Assembly: GCA_964057225.1 (NCBI GenBank)
Contig: OZ059898.1
Coordinates: forward strand, 14,570,001 to 14,634,000
DNA from: Auanema rhodensis
Lineage: Eukaryota > Animalia > Nematoda
Direction of reading: 5' to 3'
DNA length: 64,000 nt
The notes beneath the pieces were generated by a model that was not told where the DNA came from, ran no database searches, and saw only the letters and a list, made by a program, of their open reading frames with translations. The position numbers and the translations under genes were made by a program. Shown in pieces: positions 31,340-45,836 of this stretch. Within the stretch, counting starts at the first letter, position 1. Each line of letters begins with the position of its first letter.

Positions 31340-32176
31340 ATGTGGGAGAGTGACATAGAGGCACAGGAGGGGTCTGAATTCAATGAGGAAGCTTTAAGGA
31401 TTGGGGTTAGGAAAACATCTATATTTCTAAAAAGTATTGTGACAACCAACATAAATCACTTACCACTTCCAATATTGACTGCTTGGCAGATGAAGCGAAC
31501 TCAAATGAGAGGATTCGAGACTACAGTTCGTATAGAGAATATTGACAGTAATGTAAATACATAATTTATAGGAAGAGAAGCTGGTGTGTCCTCATTGCGG
31601 ACTCAGTTTTAGATCAAAAAGGACTTTTAGTTTGAAAATCAAGATTTCAAGGTTGTTGAAATTTTTGTGTTCCACTATTGCTTTCTTGACTTTTCAGCGG
31701 AAGAAGGATACTACAAGGAAAGTGCAATGGATGTGACACGCCTATTCATGTAGGAAAAATGAGAGATTTGAAGACGGAAGATTTTGATAGTTCGTTCAAT
31801 ATATAAAAATAGATATAGATATTCTTTCTCAGATACTTTTCATGATCGGACGAGAAATGAAATAATGAACGAGAGCTTTATTAAGAACATATCACCCATG
31901 CTTGCTTCGACGCCACTTCCTAAATCGCCTATGAAAACTCCAGGAAATACATCAAAAACAAAATCTTTCCCAAAAACACCGGGGAACAATACAGTAGTTT
32001 TACCAAATCTGTCAGTTGTTGCAGTTTCTATTACATGATAAAATTATGATATTAATTTTAGATCAACGACGAAATCAAAAAAGAAAAAGGGATCTGCGTT
32101 AGCAAGATTGTTACAAGAAGAGGAATCCGAATCAGATAGATCCTTAAATTCATTTTTAAGCTCATTTTCTCAATAA
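31340..32176 (+). CDS. Zinc-ribbon protein, C18orf21/RMP24 (Rpp21/Snm1-related)-like, about 6 exons
   Basis: Spliced reading gives LVCPHCGLSF...LQGKCNGCDTPI (CxxC..CxxC), a TP-rich linker and C-terminus KKKKGSALARLLQEE..SLNSFLSSFSQ*; family call is from remembered architecture only. Confidence 0.55.
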
Positions 32177-32273
32177 ACGGGTTAAAACTTTCATTATTTA
32201 AATATACTTCAAACCATTCTCATAAGTTGAGTGAAATTAATAAATTTGATTAGTTCTACAATTTGTATTATAT

Positions 32274-33072
32274 TCATAGAAGCGTTTGTTCAACTAAGAT
32301 TTCATCAAATCCACTTGGAGCATCATACGCGAAATTCTTGAACTTGACGTCTAAAATTGCAGATTCGTCGACATATATCAGTGGATAAACCTTAATAAAT
32401 AAATATGATGATTTTCACAAAGTGAATCAAATTTTACCGGGCTTTTAACATTAGTTACAGTAGGCTGAGCTTCTTCACCATTGATTAGAAATTTCAGTTC
32501 GATGTGATCATAACAAATACCCTTAAAATTTAAGTTAATACAAATGTTAAAAGTAAAATAATCATGGTAACTTACAATGCAATCCCCTTCATCCACTACT
32601 TTATCAAGTTTTCCAATGACTTCGCCATTGGCCACAACTTCTCCATTTTCCCGCAATCCCCAGAAATTTTCAACTACAGGAGTGGTATTCAAATTAGCAT
32701 TCTTGTTTCCGAGTCCAATACCCCAATTTCCTAATTTATTCATCTTTAAAATTCTTAATTTTTCCAATACCTGTTTGTTGCAAAGTTACTTGGAAGTAAG
32801 CTTTATTTTGTACAATTGGAACTGTTCCAAGAGCTCCACCAGTTCCACATATTCTCTCTCCTTCTTTTAGCAGTACAACATCCTTTCCTGAATAAGTTAA
32901 TATTTTCAACGCTACTTCCATTTATTTTACCCATATGTCCAACATCTAAACGAACTGTAGGAGTAATAGGTGTGGTGAAATTACTATACGAAGCAGTGCC
33001 CATAAAGCTTGGCCCTTGAACACAATCGAGACAGCTCCGAAAACATGGGAAACAAGATGTTATAAAGCTCAT
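32274..33072 (-). CDS. SPRYD7: SPRY domain-containing protein 7
   Basis: Cys-rich N-terminus MSFITSCFPCFRSCLDC; VRLDVGHMG-KDVVLLKEGERICGTGGALGTVPIVQNKAYFQV; YDHIELKF; YVDESAILDVKF..PSGFDEILVEQTLL*. Confidence 0.93.
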
Positions 33073-33429
33073 ATCTAAAAATTTAAAATTCCATAGGCAA
33101 TAAAATGAAAATAGCAATAATGCGACACGACTGACAGAAAAAAAAACTGCACCATGTGACCATATGATTACAAACATTAAAAAAAATGAGCTAATAGGGG
33201 AAAAGTGGATTCACATAGGATATTCACATATTTTCCGTAGGTGAGTTTCTAAATAGATTGTTCGTTTTATGAAACATAAATTCCCTAGCTTCTTATCTAT
33301 CTTGAATTACCGCACTATGGCTGAAATTTTTGCGAAAAAAGCGCATTAATCGATTTTTGAAATGCATATCGGAACATCAAAAGTGGCATAAATAGTTGGA
33401 CCGCATAGTTTGACCCAAAAATCTTATCT

Positions 33430-33770
33430 TGGTCTTTTCCTAGTGAAGAGGTTGCTTGTATCACACCTAACTGAATGCGCAGATTACATCTTACGGGATC
33501 ACACGATTGTAGCAAATCAACAGCATATATGATCACGTATAAGATCATATATCTGTCCCTTGAGAAAGATGTCAGGAATCGGGACCATCGATATTTCCAA
33601 AGCTAGTGTAAGACTAACAGATGGTCAGCGTAAATCCTTTGATCAGGATTTGGCAAGCACTGCGTCAGTACGCAAATCTAATCACGTACAACGCGCCAAG
33701 ACGTCTGATTCCTGAGTTCGTTCTTAGGAAACCTCAGGATCCCACAAATAGTCTTGATTAAAGAACGTGT
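33430..33770. ncRNA. Candidate structured non-coding RNA, class unknown
   Basis: At least 8 nested or adjacent complementary helices in about 340 nt, more GC-rich than flanks, no convincing ORF (see findings). Confidence 0.45.
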
Positions 33771-34562
33771 GAGAAAATAATCTGATTGCACACTTGTATC
33801 ATTTTCTGTTTCCATTGCATCGCAATAGTCAGATTTTCTTTAAATTGTTTGAATTTCAATTAAAAATACCTACAATATTTGAATTTAATGATTGATACAA
33901 TTGTTCTGTCTAGTTAATTGATAATTATAATATTTTATACTAATTATACTGTGTTCTTTTATCTGCCTATCAGAGTATCTTCGATGCAATTTAATTAAAA
34001 TGTAATAATTTTAAAATAACTATGCTGCTCACTCATAATGGGTTAAAATAGTAAAATTGAAAACAAATGAAGAAAAGGAATATATAAAGTGCAGTATGAT
34101 TTGTTATATTATTGTGAAGTAAGTTGCTCAGAAGTGCCTTTAGATCCAACCTAGGTCTAACATAGCCTCAATGATCACCGCAATTGCGTATAAAACGTTC
34201 TACGAAAATTCAAAGCGCCTAGCGCCATAACCTCCTTGTGACGCTTGTGACCTTGCTGTCTCTTCTAGGCTGTTTCCTTTATAAAAAGAAACTCTTCAAA
34301 CATCATAACGTGATATACATTCATTTATTAAACGATTTTTAGTTATATACTTCTGTATAATTGAAAATTTCCTGCTACGGTTTGTAATTTACCGTACTGT
34401 TTAATCAGTCTTATCTGTATTTTGCTCCCTTTCCGTAGTTTTCTGATTGAGGAATGAAGCTAATTTTTTTTGTCTCTGTATACTCTAAAAATATCCTATT
34501 CAATTTACTATTGTCATTTTTTTCTAACATTTGAAACTGAATTCACTTCAGATTTCTGTTTG

Positions 34563-35947
<1,385 letters not shown>

Positions 35948-36358
35948 TTTTAACGTACAGTATTCGATTTGAATAGGAGAAAAATTGAATGTTCTTTCTT
36001 AAACCATGGCATTTTCAGAAATCTCTTTCCTTAATATTCGTATCTCATTGTTTACATGTATCTCACTCCATCGTATTAATCATATCTGCTTCTTATCCAT
36101 TCACTTACACTTGTTATTCATTTAATAAAAGTTCTAAGTTTTAGATATGTATATGTATGCTATATAGAAAGACTTTATTAAATACAATTTGTGTATAAAG
36201 TGAAAAAATAACCCGATGAATGAAAATGGGAGACTAAATTGTAAAGCGAAAACAAACAGAGATCTAAAAGATCGCAATTTCCAAAAGTTCTACCATTTTA
36301 AATGGTAGAGGATGCAACCGGATGTAAAAACATTTTGAACAAAAACTTTCATTGGGTA

Positions 36359-39300
36359 TTATTCGTCGATAGGTTTACCCCAATTTAGTTTGGACATTTC
36401 GTGCCGGTTACCACGTATGATTAGATTACGCGGTGAGCTACTATGGCAGAAACATAGGGGGTCCTGGCAATCTCCAGACATATCTGCTGATGATGATATT
36501 TCCTCCTGAAGGAGTACTTCGTTCAGAGAGGACGACTCACTGAGATCCCACGAAAAGTTCACCGGTTCCGTCGGGAGTAGTTGCTAAAATTGGGCGGATA
36601 AGATCTGAGATCACAGCTCAATTGCACAGCAATGGAGGATTTGCAACAAAGGAATTGACAGGAAAAACTAATAAAAAAATCCTGAGATCTAAGGAACATG
36701 CAATAACACAAGATGGCCGCACCAATAACACAACACATGACGAACACGAAACCGAAGCCGAATTGTTTAGAACTTTACCCCTGGAATAGGTAAACAATAC
36801 CAATAATGAACTTAAGGAACTGATGATTGCAAAGTTTAAAACGTACTTCTCTAGCAGATTTAACGTTATTATTATCCTCTTCTTCTTGATTTGTACCGTG
36901 GTCTTTTCTCAAGCTGGGAGGAGAACTACTACCTAGCATAGGCCATGGTCGTGCGGTACCCATGTCAATTGTACTAATGTAGTCATTGGCTGTATAAATC
37001 GTCCCCAAACGTTGAATTTTTTCTGCTGTAACTTTCAAAAAAGGATGAATAAGATACATTTAGAGTACAACCTTCGCTTTCAACTTTCCAGGGTTTTTTT
37101 CGGTCTGTACTATCGGTAAGACGTCCGCCAACTGGATGTTGGTTTGCTCTGCAGATAAAGATTGTAAATGAGGTTTTTTTCAGAGAAAAATCACTTCTTC
37201 TCAGCCTCTTCTCGATCTAAGCTTTCTTGTCGTCGCTGTCTCGAACGATCAGTTAATCGTTTTACTTCTTCTCCGTTTGTTGGTACCGGAAGGCTTGACC
37301 TAGTACTACTTCTACTACGAGCTGTATTTGAAGGATAAGCTCCATCTAAATCTGAAGATTAAACAAACATACTTAGGAGCTTATAAGAACAAACCTGTCT
37401 CTTCTTCGGTCATTGAAGATACTGTTTGTTGTGTTTCTGACTGTTTCTGACCAAAAACAGTATTTTCAGAGTTATTAAAAGGAGATGAGGGACCAGGAAG
37501 GGCACTCTGAAATAGGGCAAGGTCGAGTGCGAAGTAGCGCGCTTAAGATAGGAGGTCATAGGTTCGATCTCTGGCAGTGCCAAAAACGTCGATGATGGTT
37601 GTTTCAAGACGGGAATGACAAGAGAGAGATTATAAATGAACAGCTGAGACAAACTTTTTCTTGAACTAATGGGGAAGAAAGTAAATGCCTACAAACCTGT
37701 GCGGAAAAGTTCAGTGGATGCAACGCGTTTCGTGCTGAATCAATCGAGTGTTGGCGATAAGATGATACATTATTTTGGCTTGAGCTTCGAATTCGTCTTG
37801 CTGAAAGAACACTATCCAATTTTGGAACTTCTATCAAATACTTACCAGTAATTATGTCATCAGCACTAGGCCCATCAATTCGTTTGATTTCAACATGATG
37901 AATGCGTTCATTCGATGGTTGTTTTTTGAATTCTTGTGCTATAATTAAAGAAGAGTGATATGTGAAGCTAATTAATAGATATACTTGATGATTCATAACT
38001 TCGGCTCAGGAAGCTGGAAGCATCTCTATTTTCGTGTAGTATAGGATTTTCAGAAGAATTACTACAAAGATTAAAACATTTTTTTAAATCTAGAAACTCA
38101 TTACCTGATAGCATTACTACTGCTACGATTTTCAATTATGGTTTCCCTTTCCTCAGTAATTTTCTTGCCGATAATTGTATCTTCATTATAAGGTAAAACA
38201 GGCCGTTGCATAAACTCTTGAATCCCTTGCACCGTTGCTAAAGGAGAAGCAGAACGTCGGTCGTGAGAGGGAGCAGCTAATGAGCTACTAGCTCCATTCA
38301 AACTCGAAACAGGTCTAGAAATAAAATAAGGTAACATTGGAAAAAAAACAACGTTTTTACCTTTGTAGACCGGCAAAAGAAGTGGCCGTGCTTAGAGAAG
38401 GTGTATTCCAACTCCCAAAACTGGTCGTTGATTCTGAAAAAGAGATCAAATAAGAAAGAAGAAGAAGAGCTATCATATTTACCAGGCTTTTCTACAGTTG
38501 TGACATTATCTGGAGTTGCTCCGAATGTTGTTGTCATATGCTGCTTAGGTATTAAACAGCTCGTGTTTCCAGTATTACTATTAGTAGCAATATTTTTGTA
38601 TGGTTTTGAAACTACTGTGTAAGTGGCACCATTGATAGGTTCAGTTCGTTCCAAAATATCCGAAGACGATCGGAAAGGATTCAATTGGTGTGTCACCGTA
38701 GTTGTTACTGTTGCTGGAGAAACAAGACGAGACGTCGTTGATGGAATAGCTCCGTTTTGATGTTCACCTATAGGTGTTGAAGAGCGAACATCGCCTGGCT
38801 TTATGTTACTTCGATCAGGAATAGGGGAAGTTGGAGGAGGTGGCACAAAGTCAGTGGTAGTCACCGAAATTGCAAGATCTCCAAAAGTTGGAACAATAGG
38901 CTCAGGGTTATTAACAGGCGGATTATTTGGATTCAATTGAGAATATGTAGTACTACTCGCATCCCCAACCTAAAGTTTAAACATTCAAAGTTACATTTCA
39001 ACATGTTGACAACATACTGTTTCATACTCGTTTCCTATAGTTGAATAGTAGTGTTCTCGAACCGGCGGTCCCAATCCTCCTTGTTGACGTAATCTCTCTC
39101 GAACAACCTTAAACGAAAAAAAGTAAATATTGAACGAATTGAGTTAAGTTTACATCGGCACTTTCCCTAACAGTAATATAGCGATATGAAGGTTCCCTAG
39201 AGGCTACTGACTGAGCATCAATCTAAAGCATGCTTATTGTGAGAATTTTCCTCGGTAAATGAGAATATATATATACAAACCTGAGGTGGAGATATATCTA

Positions 39301-40957
39301 TAAGAGGGTCTTCCCCGATTACATCATTCATGCTAACATGAGACGGTCCTGGGGGTGAAGTAGAGCTATTTCTATCATGACTATGACGACGAATCTTTAA
39401 AAAAATTTAAATTACGGATACACCTGGAAATTAACGTTACCTTCGAATACAATTGGTCAAGTTCTCGCTCAGTTTTTTCAATTCTTTCTAAACGCTTTGG
39501 ATCCATTCCGTTTGGATTGACCTAAAATTACATAATGTATACAACACAAATTAAAAACAAAACTTTTCAAAATATAAAAAAAACAAATTGAACTAACCTT
39601 GGCATAGCCTGGGTCATAAGCACTACTTGTATCACCATCAATTGAGTTAGAAACCATACGAGAATCCGATGTAATTGAACTATAAAAACATAAATAAATC
39701 TTCTAGAATTCCTAATGAAAGAATAAAATTTCTAGAATACTATTACGTGAACACCACTGCAAACAAATCGTGCTCTGCTCTACTTCAACTCAAATTACCA
39801 TCGGCAATAAGCCTCTTTGTTATATGGACGAAAAGGATGAATGACTTGAGGTTTCACTGAAAACCGAACAAGCCTTCGAGCTGACAAAGGTTGTTCACAA
39901 AAAAGTCCACGTCTAGCGATATTCGAACGAGCCGAAAAAAGATTTTGAGAGCCGTACCTATAAGGATCTTCACTTCCAGGTCCGTAAATTTGCGAAGCAC
40001 TTTGATACAACATCTATAATAGGTATGAATTACACGATACCAATATTCACTAAAACATACATCTCCTGATGGTTGTGTGGATAAACCTGATGTTTCTCCT
40101 TTTCTTCCCGAAAAGATAGGATAATCATATCTACGTTCACGCTTGGCTACACGAGCTTCCCCAACCTGAATATTCTTTATAAAAAAGTATCTAATAATTC
40201 AAACTAACTTTAGAATACAAAGGATCAATAATGCTATCAGCGTCTGGATCAATTGATTCATATGTTGGGTTGACTCCTTCATCCGCAAAGCGAATATCAT
40301 CTTTTCTAGTTTTATCTATAGCTGAAATAGAGAAAAATGAATATAGAAATCGAACAACGAAAAAATCAAGAAGCGCCAAATTTAAAACTTACCAGTATAA
40401 AGGTCTGCAGGTAACTGTGGGAGTGCTCGACCAGGAGCTGACACTCGAGAGGAATTAAAAGCTGTAGTACAACTCTGAAAGTTTGAAAAAAATAGTTATT
40501 TTGAAATTGTATTATTTACCTTTCCAGCAGGTTGAGAATGCCTTTCAGTTATTGTTTGAGAGGTTGATTGTGTTCGGAAATGTACTGAATGTGAGGTCAA
40601 TCCTTCTCCCGAAGTGACAGTAACAGCGGCAGGGTTTACAACACCATAAACATCGTCGGGATCCCTTAAATGGTGAGAATATGATTCATGTAATATATAT
40701 ATAGCAATATTGATTTCTATATCCCTTTGAAGATCCGCCGAATTATTCCGCGCTTGTCAAATGCACACCGATGACAAGTAACAATTTTGTAATTTAGTTA
40801 ATCAAACACACCTGTTTTTAACTTTACGTTGACAGCAGGTGCACATACTTAATACAGTGATCATGCAAGCTACAGAAGCCAACGTGAGCACAATGCTTGT
40901 CGGATCGAACAGACTGATGGCTTCAGAAGCCGCAGGCAGACTGCCGATGGCAGGCAT
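36359..40957 (-). CDS. Single-pass palmitoylated membrane protein with long tyrosine-motif-rich disordered tail (PAG/Cbp-like adaptor architecture)
   Basis: MPAIGSLPAASEAISLFDPTSIVLTLASVACMITVLSMCTCCQRKVK (short ectodomain, TM, CxCC, basic); many short GT-AG exons with YESI, YSKV, YAKV, YSKI, YETV, YSSI; alternative ends at 36775 or 36359. Confidence 0.75.
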
Positions 40958-43900
40958 CGTGGCTCTTCGGGATACTCCCGTTCACTTGCCGTACTGGTCT
41001 GCAAAAGCCGAAAGTTATACGCGGCATAAAAAAAGGAGAAAGAAAAAATCATAAGTTTGATAGATAACACCACAAATTATAAGAAAGAATAACCTATAAA
41101 GAGAGACAATAGAAAAATAACAATGAGTCATTTACTTTGGGGGCAATCAAAGATTAACGCCGAAAATAGGAGAAGCTTATTTGCATATGCCTCATTAACA
41201 TATCACGTGTAAGAGGTTATCTTGTGCGCAGACTTCCACTTTATATTTTATTTTTCACTTTTGAAGACACGAGAACGGTTGTATTTATGTAATTAATTAA
41301 AAATAAATATTAAAGCTTCGAAGAATACTGTCATTTTCAGTACGTAGTTAAACATATTTTAATCAGTTTCGATTTGTAAAATAGTTTCCAAGATAAACCC
41401 GAGTTATATTGCTCAGTAGAGCAGATAATGGTCATGAGTAATTAATTAAATAGACAAAATGATTCGGAAACGAAGATCTAGAGTGGCCGAATGCAAGTTT
41501 TAAGAACAGAGTTGAAAGGAATGAAGAATAGATAAAAGGAAAATGTTGAAAAGATGGAGAAGCTTCCTCATGGCGAATTACTATCAATTCGTGTTCATAA
41601 AAAAGGTTTTGTCAATTTCCTCCTTCATCATAGCTCATTCGTGATATTCCATTTCAAGGGCGTTCAAAGGAGGAAGGGGTCAGCTAATTTGGCAATCCTC
41701 CAAGACTCCGCCCCCATACTACCCCGCTACCACATACGCTCTCTTTTAGTCAGAGCGTGCTAATCGTTCGATAAAGGAACAGAGGTTAACGACGGTCGGA
41801 TAGACTAGAACAAGCAGTACATACTGAAGAAAGAAGAGACACTAGAGAATGGTTTGGTAAAAGACTAGACAGATTGGAATGGCAGTGCAGAGGTTAGAGG
41901 TTCGGAATAAGAAAAGTCAACGGCCAGCTGAGCGATGAGTGGCCAAGCGTGCTCTCCACCAGGCATCAAAGTCTGTAATCCTTAATTGTCCCAACAGACT
42001 ATAACAAGCGCAAAAGTAAAGAGTTTAACATGTTTAGTTACTATAAACGGAATGTAAATGAACAAGTTCTTGTATCTCGAAGCCGACACACCCGCGAGAA
42101 CGACAAGGACAGCTACTACAGAGTCGGAATGATCGAACACAACGTCGACGATGTAGACCACAAAATAGTCGGAGACGTCGGAAACGTCAACGCAATTCAA
42201 TTGCGCTGAACAAACGTGTCAGCGTTGTCGTACGTGCTGAAAACAGGCTAAGGACCGTTTGATTCTACCTATTTCATTGTGTTCAAGTTGGCTCTCGATT
42301 TATGTCTACAACTTCCCGTCGATTTTTTTCATGAAAATGTGGTCAATTTCATGACATTGCTAATCTTGCATGTATAGAAAAGGGCAAGTATTAAGAGAGT
42401 ACCGAGAAATTATAATCGAATCACGCTGAAAAACTGTTTAAGTTTGACAAAAATTGATAGCCTTGGAAAATCTTTGAGGAAAATTATCAAAATTCCGGTT
42501 GCATTACGATCTCAAGGATTCTATTTGCTTATATTTGGTCAAAAAGATGAGGAGAAAAACAAATTTTTAGAAGATTTAAATGAAGAATCTTCAGTATTGC
42601 CTGGAAGTAGGAATCGGAAAGGCGTGGACAGTTTGAAGAATTAGAGTAATTGCCTAATAAGGTAAAATGATTAATGAAGCTACATGATGAATGTGTGAGA
42701 GAAACGAAAAAAAAAGAAACTGAGTGTAGAGTAGATAGAGACGAGCATTGCGAGAAGTAAGGGGTGTGACACACATAGCGGAGATAAATTTCATTGCTCC
42801 AGTGCCTCATGAAAACGGGAGAACTGCGGACAGCAAGAAAGATAGAAAGATGAAGACACATCAAGAGAGAGAAAGCGAGAGAGATTAAGAGAGAAAGAGA
42901 GTGAGAAATTTTGTGTTTGTGAACCAGATGATGACCGAGAAGAAGACTTGGAGGCCAGGACTCAGCCGACAAGAAAGAAGATGAAGTAGATGGAAGACGG
43001 AGAGATGAGCATGTGGACACCGACGATGACCCAGCTCCCAGATCTGGTTTCGCGACAGACTGTGGGCTTCTTCTTCGTCTTTTGTCCGTTTTATCCTCAT
43101 CGTTTCTTTAATATCATTGAGTTCCGTCGACAGTGAGCCGACGACAAATGAAGGCTATCAATGAGCTTTGGTTTTGTTCAAATCATTACATTGAGTTGTG
43201 AGAGCATAGTGACGCATGAGATTGAAGAAAATAGAACATCAATTAAATATGATGACATAACAATCATAACAATTATGAAATCCAAAGAATATAAAATCTT
43301 ATCTGTTCTATTGAAAGTATTTGATATCAAGTAGAATTATGAATAAAAAACTATATGAAATACAGAGTGTATCACTGAAAACAACATTTAAGTTGATAAC
43401 TTAGGCATAGACATCGGCTGTTCAGTAGAGTTGGGGGATTGAAAAGGCAGATTGAGATGGTCGTAGTACAATGCCTGTTCCAATTTCTTTTTTTAGTCGG
43501 AAAAATTTAATGTTCTGTTCTAAAACCTAGTCGAATGCTGCAGCACACACTACAAGCAATGAGAGGTATTCTCGTCTTCACGGCAGCATATTTCCTGCTT
43601 CTGATGGCGTCTTTCCGTTCCCAGACGTTTTTATCCTCAAAAATATGTTGTTCATTTGAGAAAGAATGTCTGCTCTCTTCTGCTGTACAGTTCTTTTTTC
43701 AGCTTTCTTTTCTTTTTTTTTGAGATTTTTTCCGGATGAAAAATCTCTACTGAGTCTCATCTCTCTTTCTTCACTTTCTGCAATATTTTTTTTGTTCCGT
43801 CGGAGAAGTTTCAGAGACGGCCTACTGCCTGCTGTTGTTGGACAAGCTGTTGTGTCCAGTTGTGATATATGTAAGAAAACAGGAAGGACGTCATCAGAAT

Positions 43901-45836
43901 TGTTCAAATATGGGAAAATTGAATATAGAACGATGAAGTAGTGAGACTGAAGAAAGCGAACAAGATGAATAAGCCGAATATAAAGAAGATGATGAAGTAG
44001 TTAAAGAAGAATATATAATCTAATATAAATTACTAAGGAATAGCATGAATAAGACATGAATAATGAATCAGCAGAAGGCTTGTGACATGATTGAGTGTTC
44101 ACAGAAAATGAGTCAAAATTGGCGCCAAACTTATAAGAGATTTCATTTTGATGTAAAGATGAAATTTCGTTTTGTATTTGCCCATCGAAGAGGGAAATTT
44201 AAGAATTGATTGTCTAAGTTTTTCATAAAAAATGCTTAAGTCGGATTTAAGTTGAAAACTCTAAAGCGCAGAAAGGCTGAAATGTGTGAATGAACGCTTT
44301 GAAGACATAGAAAGAGTTATGTCCCTCCCACTGAGAGACTAGAAGAATAAGAATAATGGAAATTTAGTTGAAGCTCTTAGCGCATTCGCTTATTTATGCT
44401 CAATCAAAAGTTCGTATGTTCTTGTACGTTAAATCACTAATTTCGTGTAAAATTCTTCAAGGTTTCTGGTGAGATGTAAGAAATGCCTAAGAGAAAACGT
44501 ATGAATAGAAAAGAAAAAGTTTTCCCGCAAACAAAGACAACACATGGTTCAAAACATCTATTTTCGTTATAATTTTGGACAAGTATAAGTTCGGAAAGGA
44601 AATCTGGAGGAAGGGAAGAGAAAAAAGTTTGAAGAATAGTCCGCAAATCGAGACAATGCTGTAAGATCATCATGAATCATTCAATTCACTCAAAAGGATC
44701 ACCTGAGTTTTCCTAAGAAAACAAAAGAATTGTTGGTGGAAAGCATAAAAACAGTCGCATTCTGACTGACAGACAGGAGAATTGCAAATTTTGAATTTAC
44801 ATGAAGGGGAAGAGGAAAGGAAGGATAAAGCTCGTGAAGCTGGCGGATGAATGATGAAGGACTGTTGTAGATGGTTATAGTCAGTCGTGATGAAATGACA
44901 TCTCGACAAATCGAATGTCCAATCAGCTAAACACACAAAAAGCATAAGAGAGGCATATATAGATATAGAGATGGAAGAGAAGGATATGATGAGAGAGAGA
45001 AAACGATACAAGGAGAAGCAAAAAGAAAAAAAATTATATGATTTGACAACATTTTGAAACAATTTTCACTGAAATGTGGGCCGGATACTGCCAGTTTTTG
45101 AATGAAAGAGTGACAACTCTTTCAATTTCCAGGCTTTTCTGCTCAGAAAGCTTACTTTGAGATAATTTTTCTTGTAACTACGCACGAAATGTCTTATGTT
45201 GAAATAAACTTCAATTTGTAAATGTGATGAATGAAAAAGCATAGAAAATCTTCATATAAGCTCTCGAAGAAACATAAATTTACAGATATTATCACACTGT
45301 CATAAAAAAATACAATGTTTTTCAATTTGACACTTATGATATTGATAATCATAATGTTGATTATAAAATTAAAATAAAACAAACGTTGTGTTAAAACCAA
45401 ACAAAATAAATACAAAAGAAAAACATCGAAACCAAACTTAAATGAGAAATAATAATTAGTTTCATACAACATGATTGTCAGCAATTTTGAGATCTGCATT
45501 GCAATTAAACTTCAATGGCGAAGAAAAGGGCTTTTTTTGTTGAACTGATTATAAAGAATAAAGATTATCATGATCGTAAGTAATATGATTACAAAAGATG
45601 GAATTTAATTAATCGAAGGAAGTGATCGTGTTCAGCAAGACAGTTGGAGTGTTTTGGCTTTAAAGTTTACGAGTTGGATTAATTTTAAAATTCAATTTCA
45701 ACGAATGAATGAAAGGCATGAAGCACATGAACTTTATGTCTTTTTATTATATTTTGACGCTATTTAAAAAAAGGAAAAAGGAGTGTGTGAGAGAGAGAGA
45801 AAGAGACAAAAAAATAATGGTCCTAAAAGGAATATA

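Noticed and set aside
33735-33756. U3 snoRNA-like start on minus strand (AAGACTAT..GGGATC)
   Set aside because: Lacks box A' TACTT and recognisable B/C/D boxes
33430-33770. Telomerase RNA or RNase P/MRP identity for the structured segment
   Set aside because: No CTAAGCCTAA-type template for TTAGGC and no canonical P4 motifs (GAAAGTCCCC/GGGGCT or GGAAGGTCTGAG/TTCAGAC) seen by eye; left unclassified pending Infernal
36289-36309. Perfect 9-bp hairpin TCTACCATT-TTA-AATGGTAGA between convergent 3' ends
   Set aside because: Isolated short palindrome, expected occasionally by chance; bacterial-style terminators are irrelevant here
43578-43907. 109-aa Lys/Glu-rich ORF
   Set aside because: Non-ATG start, purine-rich low-complexity sequence, no linked exons identified
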